Shown: one piece after another, positions 14,801 to 27,735 of the stretch | Layout: each line of letters begins with the position of its first letter | How positions within the stretch are numbered: the first letter of the stretch is position 1 | Source of the DNA: Takakia lepidozioides | Taxonomy: Eukaryota > Plantae > Bryophyta | Assembly (NCBI GenBank): GCA_030704615.1 | Contig: CM060732.1 | Coordinates: 73,966,001-74,030,000, forward strand | Direction: 5' to 3' | DNA length: 64,000 nucleotides | The notes under the pieces: model-generated | What the model was told of the DNA's origin: nothing | What the model saw: the letters and a program-made list of their open reading frames with translations, nothing else | The model's database searches: none | Translations under genes and position numbers: made by a program

Positions 14801-15351
14801 TGATAAGGCATGTTTTCTCTGAGTATTGTTTTTTAACCGCTTGCAATAGACACCCTTATGCTAACACGATGAATGTCATGCAAACAGGTACAAATCCTTC
14901 AAGCACAACTGAATAAGGCCAGGCGCCAGGGAGAAGATATCCAGTCAGACTTAAATAAGGCTGGCTTGGAAACAAATGCGTTGAGATCTCAAATTGCAGT
15001 GTTGGATGCATGGTACATTGACAACTTTTACATAGAACAGAGTGCGAATGAATTTTCACCTCATTTTCTTTCTAGATGAGGCTTCCAATGTACTCTAATC
15101 TTTTCTCTCAGGCACTCATCTTGCCCTTTGTTGTCTTCCTCTTGTTTCAGATGTCTAATACAACTCTCTTTATGATGGATTTTCAGCAAGGAGCAGCTAC
15201 TTGAGCAGCTGCAGCATAGCAGCAAGGAGTGCGTGAAACTGCAAAACAATCTGGCTGTCGTCTTTAAGGTTGGCATGTCTGTGAGTTCTCTTGAGTTTAT
15301 GTAGCGGAGAAGTAGTTTCTCTTAAAGCCTCTGGTGCTCAAATGAAAAAAG

Positions 15352-15385
<34 letters not shown>

Positions 15386-18300
15386 ATAAACTGTCGGTTG
15401 GACAGTTTTGAAAATTGATTTGGATGTATGAATGTATATTTAAAATGCATCATGACTTAATGCACTGTGTTGCAGGAAAACTGGATCAGTAGCGGAAAGC
15501 TTCAAGTACGTCTAGAAAAAACAAAAAACAAAATGCTAGCATTCCAGGGCCGTTGGAGAGATTCCAAGATGGTGATACAAGAGCTGACTGAGTCTTTGAG
15601 AAAGGTCGAGACAACTTTGGAAGAGACACGGAAGTCTCAAGCCCATGAAAGTTTGAAAGCTGAGCTTACAGGGGCTAAGCTGGAGATTGTGCAACTCCAT
15701 GTTGAGCTTGAGAGCTTGCGGTATGGTACTCCTTGAAAACTCTCTCATAAAGCTACATGTTAGAAGAACTTGGAAGTTACCCAACCTCACGACAAATCTC
15801 CATTTCTATCGAGAAACATTCTTGGTTCTCCGAGATGATAGAATCTTGCGGCCCAATTACCTTTCGGCCTCTTTATCTACTTCTCTCCAGAGGGCTTTGG
15901 GGCGGTAGGCTCCCACAACCTACGGATAGATTGTACTCATAAGACGTTGTTTGCCATAGCCTTGTGGCCATTGACCCCGCGCCCAGTTTGAGCAGGAACA
16001 AAAGGGACAGAACCTACCTCTGTCAGGGGCTGACGTTGGTAGTAAGACTTACCTCCATATATAGAATTAATCCGGGTTTTCCAGATATCCTCTAGAAATC
16101 CCTTCACACAAGCATCAATCTGCTGTGTGTGATTTGCCCAAAAACTAGGCCTCAGGAGGGCCTGGGCTTTTGGCTCAGCCTCGAGACTTTCAAAGTTGGT
16201 AAACAGGGGTACAGGCACAATTCCCTTAATAGATTTGAAGAGAGCGTCTCTTTGGTGAGAGAACCCCGGACAGTGTATCAGAAAATGAATACTGTCTTCA
16301 GATTGCCCACACAACGGGCAATTGCACTCTCCCTTTCCTCTCTGCTTCTGTTTGCTGTTCAAAGGTAGGCTCCCTACCCTGAGTTTAAATTTCAGTCTAG
16401 TGCCGAGAGTGGGTAGACCCTTGAGGTCATCCAAGATGTCCTCCCCCATGTCACAGACTGGAAACAAGTTCAGGGAAGTTTTCTGCCTAACTTCATTTTC
16501 ATCAGACAATCTCATGGCAACAGACATGGCTGAGGACACTACAGCCTCTAAGTCAGATTTATCCAGCAGGGTCAAGACTTGCAGATCCAGGTCCAGGTCC
16601 TTGAGGATCTCTTCTACTCTCTTCTGCCAGGACTTAGCCTGTTTGACAGGGCGGTCCTGTTTCCAAGATATAGAGTCGATTAACTTAGGATATCTGGTGT
16701 TGGGCATATGTTGCAGCTGACCCCACCATCTGACCTTGAATTCATCTCGTCGGGAGCTTAAGGACGGAATGCCAAACTCACCCCGAACAGCCACATTGGC
16801 TGTTTTGGAGCATGCTGACATACACTCCTTAAGCACCCCCACTTGAATGGATTCTAGAGACTTAGCCTGGTTGGAGTTATCAACCCATATAGCAGATCCG
16901 TACTCCAAGGCAGGTCTAATAACGCGACAAAGCATGGTTTTCTTAACCTCAGAGTTGACCCCTCTGCAGTGGAAAAATTTAGTGAGCCCCAGAGCTTTGC
17001 CCTTGCCAGTTTGAACAACTTTCCGGATATGTGCATCCCAATTACAATTGGAGGAGACCTACGGATAGAGACTGGAAGATGGGAAATCCTGCAGCGGGAG
17101 GACCGCCCCTGTCCAGCTTGCACAGGGCGCAACCAGGAAATTGAAACTGAAGAACACTTGTTCTTCTACTGCCCTCTATACTATGAGATCCGTGGGAGAT
17201 TCCATTGTCTATTCAGTGGAACCCAATCTCTCACTGAGGTCTTTCACTATGAAGATCAGAAATGCTTGGCAGCCTACCTAAACGAGGCATTCGCCCTTAG
17301 ACAATCACTTGAACAATAGTTCTTATCTCTGACTCTGGTTCCCTGTTTTCTCTCATGTTTTTCTTTCCATTTTGTCCCATAAGCTCTATGAGCTTTCCGC
17401 GGACGTTGTAAAGAACCATTTCATTTCATTTCATTTCTCAAGCTTGCTCTACTTTATGTCCAATATTCAGGTGTTAATTGTCTGTCCATGATAGTTGATG
17501 GACAAGTTCATCCTCTATGCAACCCTTGAACATGCAACATAAGGTGCATGTGCAGAGACCAATGTCAAAGGTATGAGAGTGAGCTCAAAGAAGCCAAGAA
17601 CAAAGAGCTTACTTACCAGGAGGATCTGCAAAGGGAAAACCACCTGGTGGAGATGATGCACCAGAACTATACACTGCAACTGCGAGTTAAGGCTGAGGAG
17701 AATGCTGAGGTACAATCATCAAGATTGGTATGTAAAATCGCAGAGAGATGCCATGTAGTCCATCTGGTGACAAGGATGGCATCTATGTCCAGTATATCGT
17801 GTCTGGCTTCAATAGATTGAGGTGCCCAACAATTTGGTAATACATATTTCTAGGATGTGTCAAGAGATGTGCTGGCGAATCTAGACCACAGGTCTTGCTG
17901 CAAAGGGTTTGGCTAGGTTGAGGTTTATCTCAGATTTACCAGTGGATGGCAATGGGTGCAGGCACTGAAAGACGAACTGAGCAAGGTTTCCAAGGCAAAG
18001 GAAGCTTCCACATTGGAGCTAGAGGTACAAATATCAGGCCACACAAACTGGACACTAACATAGGATACTAAGGTATTATCAGAGGCTGTAGGCAGTGCAG
18101 ATGAGGTAAACAAGTATTAAAGAGCTGAGATTTCTTCATCAAGACACTGAGCTAGTTGCTTTGGCTGAATTTCCAAGAAGCAGCTATAGCATGGTCAAAG
18201 TAATTAGTCGAAATAGGAGACTTGGAGCTAGAGTTATTTTCTAGTATTTTCTCTTTCTCTAAGGTACTCCTCGTTTAATAATAACTGGACTCGCATATTT

Positions 18301-19593
18301 ATGCATTGCAGGCTGCTTTGGGAAAACTAAAGGCTCAAAAGGTCAAGTTAGAGAAAGAGCTTACTGCTTTGCGGGGTGAGCTGCATAGTGCACAAAAGCT
18401 TGGTACATTTGGAATGTCAATAGGGGGACTAAAAACAACAGCCACATGTGGGAGGGAGAGGCAAACAGCAGATGCCCAGTTGCAACAGGGTAACACTCCA
18501 TCTGCAAACAAAACTTTTGGACAGCTGAAGTTGCAGGTATGCCCTCATTGTTATGGCATACTTCTGAGTAGCCTGACATCTTCCTTAACTACCAAAACCT
18601 GTCATGCTAATGGAGCTCGGAAGCTTATTAGTGAGGTAGACAATGCAAGAGCTTTAAATTCTCAATTTCCTGGATGTGATTGGGTGGCCTCTAGATGATC
18701 CGTCATTCTCACTGACGACAGGTCAAAATCTGCTGCAGAGGTCTAGAGAACCAGGGTGGATCACAAACCAAGTAGGGGCCAACATGGACCCATCAGATAG
18801 CATGGAGGAACCTCCACCACCATCATCGACTCTCCATTCCCGTGACGAGAGGCTGAGCGCCCCGGTACCTGTCTGACTCTCAGCTTACAATTCAGTGTCT
18901 CTGACTGTTCCCTGATGACTTATAGCTGATCACTGCGGGCTCCGAATCCCAGACCTTGACCATGTCCCCCCTTAGGGAGAAATATGGGGCTCACCAGAGC
19001 ATTGCAAGCCTGGGAGCCTTGATGCGTGCCATTGTGGAGAGTTATTGACTTTGGGAAAGGTTGGTTTTGAATTAGTGATGTTTTACTTCAGGTATTTGTT
19101 CTGTGCCTGCAGCAGCAATAGCCCTTTGGCCTTTATTTTATCTTATGTGCATTGCACATCAGAGAAAAACTGAGTGGATGGCATATATAGGAAATAAGCG
19201 ATGTAACACCCTCTTATCTCATCGAACCTTTGCACTCTGTTGTACCAGATATGGATCAAGCGACACGTTGGAGGAGCATCAGTTGAGTCCAACTTGCCTC
19301 CGCCTGCCTTTACTCCCCTGAGTGGGCAAAATCCACAAAAATCAAGCTTTGCTCCCATGAGCCATCAGCGGGTTGCCCTTCTGCCCTTGAGCCATAAAAA
19401 CACAGCGGGAACACTTGTTGGGCGGGACGAGAAGATGAGCATTACCTTAAGATCACAGAGCAAGCTGCTTATGCCAACATCCACTGACACAAGCTCATCC
19501 AGGTTATCCGACCGTGATAATAAGGCTGCTTTAGCAGGTGTTTTAACCTCTCGAAACTTCAAAGCTACTGAGGCTGATAAGGAGAACTTGTAA
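2855..19593 (+). CDS. Kinesin-7 family protein (CENP-E/KIN7O-like), roughly 30 exons of neck, coiled-coil stalk and tail; motor domain upstream of the window
   Basis: Exons spell IMTDAALLKRQKREIEELRSKLK (2855-2923), GSHSEHWEEEILNLRNALLK (~3324-3383), TELERERMALELQEEKKAQAERE (~3577-3743) and GNRRETWCP (~4298). These match the plant KIN7O/KIN7N neck region. Many coiled-coil exons follow (e.g. ~6544-6995, ~8608-9279, ~10520-10728 KRESIVDKRRESI). The last exon ~19249-19593 ends DKENL-stop. Internal exon borders were not all verified. Confidence 0.9.
3947..4236 (+). mobile_element. 5'-truncated LINE 3' end (copy 1 of the CATTT-tailed family)
   Basis: Encodes ETEKH..YCPLYYEIRGRFHCLF. Shares the 3' UTR CCCATAAGCTCTTTGAGCTTTCCGYGGACGTTATAAAGTAC and a (CATTT)n tail with copies at 12.8 kb and 17.4 kb. 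Confidence 0.88.
12831..12979 (+). mobile_element. Short 5'-truncated LINE 3' end (copy 2)
   Basis: GCCTACCTGCACAAGGCCTTCACCCTTAGACAATC followed by the same 3' UTR and a short CATTT-like tail. Confidence 0.85.
15355..15383. repeat. (TA)n microsatellite
   Basis: Run of TA dinucleotides in a kinesin intron. Confidence 0.95.
15750..17437 (+). mobile_element. 5'-truncated LINE (copy 3), interrupted by a second LINE
   Basis: The two halves join as ...GSHNLRIETGRWEILQREDRPCPAC...ETEEHLFFYCPLY (C-terminal Cys/His domain of RTEX/L2-like ORF2). Same 3' UTR and (CATTT)4 tail. The 5' boundary is approximate. Confidence 0.85.
15931..17056 (-). mobile_element. 5'-truncated LINE of a different family with a 13-bp TSD
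   Basis: Open frame SSNCNWDAHIRKVV...RPALEYGSAIW...CPLCGQSEDSIHFLIHC (RT thumb plus CCHC; ORF 15937-16935 extends upstream). Flanked by the direct repeat ACCTACGGATAGA at 15918-15930 and 17057-17069. Confidence 0.92.
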
Positions 19594-20078
19594 CTCGTCT
19601 TGCACACTGCTATTCTATATGTTCTCCTTCCACTGTCCGATCTGATGACGTAATGCATAAATGTGTTAATTCTGTTTTCGTGACCCTTCGAAGGTCAGGG
19701 AAGCATCGCATAATGCAAACGTGCACTTCCTGCTCGTCCAATGACTGACTAGTCTCTATGCAAACTGTGTATGTGGTTTAGTTTAGGGTCCCCTCGGGAA
19801 TAAGAAAGCTAGATTCCACTGTGATAATTGAATCTGTTTAGGGTCTAGGGGATGGAAATTGGGACTTGAAAGGAATGATACAAAAGATTTGGGGCGCTCA
19901 ACAAGATGTAACCCAAAACAACTAATCAACATCCTATCGTGGAGAGCCTCATGTAGGTCTGCTTCAGGGAATTTGTGATGAAACACCTCTGCCCAGCAAG
20001 GGATTGGCTGTCCCAGCGCAGTCAATTTCTTGCCAAGAGCTGTTGTGGTCAGGTAGAGACTAGAGACAGTTTAGGTTG

Positions 20079-20113
20079 AAACCCTAAACCCTAAACCCTA
20101 AACCCTAAACCCT
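20079..20113. repeat. Interstitial plant telomeric repeat (AAACCCT)5
   Basis: Five perfect copies between the 3' ends of two convergent genes. Confidence 0.95.
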
Positions 20114-21578
20114 CCTGTTTGTCTTCTCGAGCGCAAGCTGGGAAGAAGCAGTCATCGTGCTCCAGTTTTTCCATCTATTAGTCTGAGGAACAGTACAATT
20201 TCAGCAGACAGGTGGGACTTGTTCCAAACTATCCTCGTGTTGTCAAGACTGTATGTAGGATCTGTTGGAGTACCTGCTGGCATTCACGATATGATTTCTC
20301 ATCAATGTTCGGCCTGATCACCGTGGAAACTTAAGTTTAGGTTTGCTCTGGGCATATGGGTATGCGTTCTGACACAGAAGATTGCAAATTCCTGTTGCCT
20401 CCCGATTGACATACATATTCTGCAATGGGACAACAATTGTCGACTTGGCTTGGTTTGTATGGACGAGATACCAACAAACAAAACTGACTTGTGCAGTGGT
20501 AACTCGACTGTGCTGGCGGCATTGCAGCGGTTTTAGCATTGCAGAGAGCTGAGAGGCAACAGTTAGCCGGAGTCCTCTCCCTGCAGCCACTTGGTTTTCT
20601 TCTCGAGACTCTCAAATTGTATACCCTGGCTGCAATCTAATTACTGTCAGAACATCATTTTGCAGTGTAATAAGTATCTGTAGAGATCGTGTATGAGCTC
20701 CTTCAGCAGCTGGTGAAATTTGTGCCCTCTGGCATTTTTTTGGTCCATTTGTTCATTGAGCTGGTGAACATAGCTCACCACGCCTTACATGCTGCCCTCC
20801 AGTTCCACGGCAGACATTGCTGTGATGTTTCTGGAGCAGTGCTGAGTCACAATGGATAGGAATGAATCGCTATGAATTTCCGCAGTTACCCTAAAATATA
20901 AAACCTCCAAGACAGAGTTCGGGCATTTCTAGCCAGGTGTGGAAACTCACCTGACCATTGCAAAAAGCCCGAGTGTGTGTGCCTGCAAATAGTTTGGTGG
21001 AAAGCCTACACTAGCAAAATCTGCAACAAACAGTGCTCACATGCATGCCAGACAATCACGATTGCAAGGATTTGCCAAGAATTCCTTTGCAGTGGTGGAC
21101 AAAGATCTGAGAAGGTGAGAGTTGACACTCTGTAATGTTGCCCAACTGCTGTCAACAAAAGACCTGAAATCTGCGTGTTAGTTGAACAAATATAGAGTTC
21201 CAGGAGTAAAGAAAGAAAGAAAAAAAGGTCATGGAGGGCCATAGAGAGTATGTAGACCCTTACAAGTACATGTACACCAGGCTTCATAGAATCCACAATG
21301 GAAAAAAAGGTGTTTACTGGATATCATTGTTCAAGAAAGATAAGCATCCATAATGAACATGACATGGTAAATTACACTTGCAGAGATCAGAGAGAGATAC
21401 TCTAGTCTCCTGCCCCCAAATTCAAACACAACAGGCTCAAGCACATCTAACTAAACAAGCCCTACCATTTTACAAGAATCAAAATTGAGCAGAAATTTTA
21501 CACTTTCCTATGACCATGAATATTGGGGCTGTAGCTATTACTCAACAGAACTTCTCCAGGAATATAGTGCCAGTCAAT

Positions 21579-24500
21579 CTACACAGCATTGTCTCCCCCT
21601 GAGCTGGTTCGAGGTGTACTCTCTATACTACTTTCTGGTGACTCAGGTCTTGAACTATCTGAGCCACTTGTGATCTCTAATAAACTACAGCCATATCTTT
21701 CGCAAGTGAGCACAAGCAAACCCTTTATGAAGTTTCGATAATGACGTCGATAAGTTGGTAGTCTAGAAATAGATGTTGCAATACCCTGCAACCTGCATGC
21801 CCACACCACCCCTCCCTCTCTTAGCACAAGCAACAGAGTCGGTTTGAAAAGTGATGGGCTCATAACCTAGCTATTGAGACCTGCGGGCAATGATTCCTGT
21901 AGCAGCATAAGAAACAGCTTCAAAAGCAGTAAAGTCTCTGTTCTGGTATGCTTCACACTAATCTCTAGCTGTCCCAGTTTGATGCCCTCACGGATAGCCA
22001 AGCCTAGGGGTTGGTTCCACACTCAATCATATTGGTTTGCACTTTACAAAGACAGCCTGAATACAGAGGACAGTGCCAAAAGAGGACAGGAGAGCCACAG
22101 AGAGTACATGTGCATGCTCATACTAACGACCAATAGCAATGCTGCACACACGTACCTGCGGCTGAGAGCCTGCAATTCACCTTTGCGCAAACCATCCTCA
22201 GGTTCCACACCCCCGTTGTTCCAGGCCTCCATGCGGGCTGTGTCACCCACTGTGAGCACCAGTTTTTCCAGATAGTGTTCCTCACTATACTTCAGGTTGG
22301 CTAACCGTAATTGTTCCTTAAGAGTCAACAGAGGCTCAAAAAACCAGTCCAGAACGCGATCTTGTGGCCTGTTAAACATTGTCACTTCTGTGCCATCATC
22401 CGCTGCAGAACACCCACAAAGATCAGATCCTACTGCAAAACTGTAACTCCATTGCTTTACAATTGATGACTATCGTCTAATGAACACAGTTGCCTACAAC
22501 ATACTCACCATTGAGTGGCCTAGACCTATGCAGACTGTTTCAAGTCAGTACCAAACTTACACACGTGTCATTCTACCCAGCAATACTCTCACTGCATAAT
22601 TCCCTAGGCCAAAACCAGGTTTTAGAAGGAAACCAACAGAAATTCAATTGAATTTCAATAAGATAGTCATGCTATTAACTCTGCAAAATGCACCAGTGAA
22701 AAATATGCAGTAAAAAGAAGTTCATTACAGGAGGATTTTATGCAACAAATCTCTCAAAAAAGAGAACTGCACCACTTACTCAGCAGAAGGCCTGCAACAC
22801 CTGCCTTAGCAGAGGCAAGGAGCACATGGAGGGTGCAATAAGCCGGTAGACCAACTGCAATAATCTTGTTCTTTGGATTTTTACTTGAACGTATCCATGC
22901 ATCAAGGTCGGTGGCCATCAAAATATCAGCCTCAACAAGGGCTTTGCCATGAATTTCAATATTCTTGAACATGTGGTCCCAAATCTGCATCAAGCATCAC
23001 AATTTTTAGCCATTTCGTGGCTGTACTTGAACTAAGAAAGACTGCTGTAAGACTTAGACCACACAGAGGAAGGAAAGGCTGACCTGGACAATCTTCACTT
23101 CTTGCAGGGCCTGTCTTAATGACTTTGAAGTAGTAAGCTGAGGTATACCCGTTGGACTGAAAATGTGCCCATCAGGGGACCTTGGAGCCATTGAGGATGA
23201 AGTCACAACAGCTTCAGACCTTACAATTCCCATCTTTCGATAATTGGGCCTGGCCAGTCCATTTTGGGAATAAACACAGTATTACAACCTGGGAATCTCA
23301 CAACATAAGGATCCTATCAAAAGCCTTTGACTCTAGTCCCTAGACTGACCACGAATCACCCTACAGAATAGCTCCATCTCAGATTTGAAAACAAACACTA
23401 TTGGTGAGGAACTAATATTGGGCTCGAAGGAGGGAATACCTTGGGAGACAAGAGCCTTCATTCAGGTGAAGAACATCATTGGTATACTCATCGAACTCAG
23501 CGACTATAGCCACTATGTAGGCAAGTCCACATTGCAGGGAAGTTTCCTGCAACACATGCAGAGACAAACACTGACTTAAGGTGTGTAACTGGGTGCATCC
23601 CAAAATGTCCAGTTGTTGCTTCCGGATCTCAGATAGTAGCTGGCATGCGCATCCGTGCCCACTATCCACAACTGTTTAGTCTGTTTAGTCCATTCAAAAC
23701 CAGTGCCATATTGCAAAGAGTGTACATCATATGGATATCTGTGTACAAACCTTAGCAGTCCAGTTTCAACCTTTTACAGCACATGAGAAGGATATAAGAT
23801 TCAGCATGAGCATAAATTTGCTATAAAGTATGGGCCTCACCACCTCACTCAGCTTGATTCTGCTTCCTGATAGAACAAAGTATGGGTGTAATTTGCTGAG
23901 TGACATCCAAATCTGCCAGAATATAACAAGATAACAACAGAATTTGGAAAAGCCAAGCTGGACTTTTACGCACCTGGTATACCACAACTGCACTGAAAAG
24001 CCCTAGAAACGGGCTAGAAAGGACTGCAAACACAACGGTTACAACCACAACTAATGGCCAAAGAATGATGGCGAGGCCAGCGAAAGGAACACATGCAGCT
24101 TCAAGGCAGGCACCCTGTCGCCCTACAAGATCCTGGAGTAGTCGTCCCCAGCCCTTGAGCAACATCAAAGGGCTCTTGGCCACTGCGACAATACTGATGA
24201 GTGGTCCATCCGCCACTATACCTAATAGTCCCACTGCCACACAACCTGGAATCTCCAGTAAGCTGGTCCCAAACACAAGAAGAGGAGAAATCAAGCCATC
24301 ATTCTTTGTTCTCTCCCCAGCCTTGTCTTCCCTTGTAGTCACTAAGAATATTCCCACTAGACACTAGCACATCCACTGACTATTTCATCCAATTGTCACA
24401 ATCGATTCTCCAGCGCACAATTTTTTACAGACAAGTGAAACCACAAGCAACTAGATAGTTCACTGCCTATGCCTGAGACTAGTTGCATAATAATACTTGT

Positions 24501-26588
24501 GCCAAAACCCTAGCATGGTCACAAATGGTCGCGTAGAGCATTACAGTTCTGCTTCATCAGTCTTCTCTAGGAATTTTTTCGCAAAACATCAATTGTTAGC
24601 ATTTGCAAACATTAGCCTGAACAGTTAACTTTAGGTGCAACACCCCCATTTAGTTCTACAAAACATAAGGTGCTTGTGAGTGACCATGTGCCAGCTGATC
24701 CTACAATCAGCCTTCCAGCCTGAAAATCTGGGGTTGTTTGTCTTAATGGGATCGATTGTACATTTGTCCTTGTGCAGTTCAGCTTGGTTCCAATCACCAG
24801 CCAGCATGCTACCACAAACAATAGGTTAAATACCATTTTTCAGATGAAGAAGGAATAACACAGGGTAAATTTACTTACTTGATGTCAAAAGGTTTTCCAT
24901 CCTTTGGTTCCCGGACATAAAAGTCTTGAACATAATCAAAATATGAATGAAAACATAGATCCGTGAAATCACGGACAACTGTGCAGCTTCCTGTTAATGT
25001 GCCCACCGTGCCATCCTGTATACCAAAGCGGTACAATAGGAGTGCAGTCAGTCAGAACTACTTTCTCAGCTCCTCATGCTTCTGGCCCTCACAAGCTTGC
25101 ACCCACTGTGGGCATTGAGCCATGTCCAGTCCCTATTACAACATCTCAGTGCCAGAACAAGTGAAGACAATTAGGAAGGGCATGTACCTTACCAGAAAAG
25201 TATGGTACAACTTGGCGTCTCTATCTTCCCCAACTGCTTCAAAGGTTGCCACCAACGGCGTGCCAAAGCCATAGCCAAGCCCTACCAGCACACTGCCGAC
25301 AGCCACAACCACTGGCCAAAGCAGCAATGGGATGGGCAGAAGCAGCAAAGAGAGCACTTTCACAACGAAACCCAGCCTCTTGGTCCTATATGTTGCAGCA
25401 CCACAATTCGGAATAATCTGGTTACAGTTACATCCTTGCAAGGCTCCTCAAAAGTGTGAGGCTCAAACTTTGTAAAGAATACAGCTTGTAAAACAAGCAA
25501 ACGTCACAAACTGGGCTACTACCAATATTCCTGAGGCTACATGACAAGAACACTGCTACATATGCTGCAGACCATTTCAGAGACAAATCTCAAAAGAAGG
25601 CTTCTTTGTCATCCACCCTATATCTGCCACCAAGCCAGTCTCTCTCTGTCTCTCTCTCTCTCTCTGCTTGCAGAGCTAGAGCAGAATTTCCAACTCTCTA
25701 TCAATTACACAGGGCAGAAAGTAAGAGTGGAAATGGAGCAAACCCAGAACCAGTACTTTGCAATGGAGTAAAACGCATACACAACATGAACAGGCCAAAG
25801 TCCCAGCACCACCGCCATGTGCCCCACAAACATCAAAACTGCTACAATTGGCCACACAATCATTCCTGCGTATTCACACCCAATGATCGATCAAGTCCAT
25901 CACCTACCAAATAATATTTCAGTGGCTCAACATACTGTGTTTAAATCCTACACAAAGCAGCTAGAGGGGATTGCTTTTCCATCAGAACACAATAATTAGG
26001 CTGCAAAACAGGTAGATTTGAATTTAAATAGCAGCACTGTCAAGCAAAGGTAAGCCTCGTACTTGGAAGACAACAAACATAGGAACCAATCACTCTTTCC
26101 AACCTCCCTGTGGGTCACGAAAGAGAAGAACCTAGTTCATATTCCAGGTCAGAAGGTCTGCAGAGGAGAATAACGCTTCTTTTGGTTGCAACAAGGATGT
26201 CAAAACCCAAACGATAGGAAGGTAGGAGTTCACATCTTAAACCACAAAAGAGGTGAACTCGATCCTAAAGCTGAGAATAGGGCTTCAAAGATGCGCCCAG
26301 ACTAAAAGGACCATTTCCAGTGCAAAGAGACACCGAATCGCGACATTTCACAACTTGAGCACATGGAGAAAGCTGCTAATAATACGAGCACTGGAAATAG
26401 ACAGGCCTTAAGGCTAAACGCACAGCACAGGTTTACCAATTAGAAAAGAGATGGAAGAAACCTTTGACCAGCCCGATGAATAAGAGCGCCACGCACAAGC
26501 CAATGAATCTAGAAGTTCTGCCGATGGTAGGCAACGGTCCTTTCGAAAAAGCACTCATGGTCCCTCTCACCAGCAACCTGCCCGTCAT
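21579..26588 (-). CDS. At3g27390-like uncharacterised multi-pass membrane protein, spliced
   Basis: Exons read MTGRLL...ALLFIGLVKG | MIVWPIVAVL...LWPVHVVYAFYSIAK | TKRLG...GYGFGTPLVATFEAVGE | ...SPLMLLKGWGRLLQDLVGRQGACLEAACVPFAGLAIILWP | ...VGLPAYCTL | ...NRPQDRVLDWFFEPLLTLKEQL...ELQALSRR | LQGIATSISRLPTYRRHY. Splice phases are consistent where checked. Confidence 0.9.
25639..25665. repeat. (CT)n microsatellite
   Basis: Imperfect TC run in an intron. Confidence 0.9.
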
Positions 26589-27659
26589 GGTGTACTATGC
26601 ACCAGTCCTTCTCACTTCCTTCGCGGACAGCTACGCACGGAACTCACCAACGAAGCAGATGAGACTCCAAATGGAACTACGAAGTCGCAACTAACTTAGC
26701 ACTCGATAAACCAAGCAGCTGGCACCTATCAGCTTCAAGCCTCAGCCTGACTCTCATAGTGCCGTGGTGCTAGAAACATTAAAAACCAGAGTCTTCCTGT
26801 CATTTCAAATCAATCTCCTTTCTTGTATGACGAAAGGCGGCAAGAATGTAGAACCGCCACACCAAGCTGGTGCCCCAGGGCAGAAGGTCAACAACAGCAA
26901 GATCTGGCAGCACAAACCTCCGGGCCCTCTCGCCATCGTCGTGAGCTAAACCCCCCGCCTCCGCCACGCCTCTCTCTTCTCCCTTCCAAGCAAGCACTGC
27001 GCTTGCTGCATACTGTCCACTACACCGACGCTCCATCTTTCCCGTCCGACGGCACAGATTGACCTGCATCACAAGCCAACGGCTCAAATACAGCCAGACC
27101 GCACGTAAGTGCACAAAAGACGCGGCGGGAATCCTGCTCCTCCCGGCCCTCCCGGTCACCACAGATTCATCCAATATCGGCTCTGTCTATCGAACGAGGA
27201 CGGGATTTGCACTCATTCGTCCACCATCGCGACATACCGGTCGGATGAAATCCATTTTTCCTCCGAGCAGGATGGAATGCAGCGCAGTCGCCGTCAGCGG
27301 TGACCGGCCACAGGCGGTAGTAGTAGTTCAAAATGGCAACAGCTTTGCTGGCGGTGCTTTGCATTGGAAACAAGACAACGCACTTCGTCCCTTGCTGTGC
27401 CTCCCTTCTCTTCTTTCTTCTTCGCCTCCCCGCTCTTCTCGAGACAAGCCAAGGATTGGTTGTCCTCGAAGCAAGACGAAGAAGGTTCTTGTACATAGTA
27501 GCGTACAGGCATGATGACAGCTCCCCCAACTCGCCTCCCTAGAATGTGAATCAGTGTCTGTGACGGCTGCTCAGAACAACTCCCAAAACATGTGCGTACG
27601 ATGATTAGGGTGCGGGTCCCGAGGACGCTTGACTGCCAAGTCATCCAGCGGGCAACCGA

Positions 27660-27735
27660 CACTATTTGAACGGTGGGCCCATCGGGAATAAGAATAAAGC
27701 ATTAGATCGTTCCCTAGTAGTGATCCGTTGTTCAT
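27660..27735. promoter_or_regulatory. Candidate divergent promoter with MSA-like (AACGG) and site II motifs
   Basis: GAACGG at 27668-27673, TGGGCCCA at 27674-27681 and TGATCCGTTG (rc CAACGGATCA) at 27721-27730. A further CCAACGGCT lies at 27076. The region sits between the divergent membrane-protein and SKA3-like genes. Confidence 0.45.

Noticed and set aside
16969-17319. 116-aa ORF as a gene
   Set aside because: It is a chimera of the antisense strand of the inner LINE and the C-terminus of the outer LINE.
20079-20113. True chromosome end or fusion
   Set aside because: There are only five units, with intact genes on both sides.
26764-27662. Several overlapping ORFs
   Set aside because: This is a GC-rich 5' UTR/promoter region and the translations are not protein-like.
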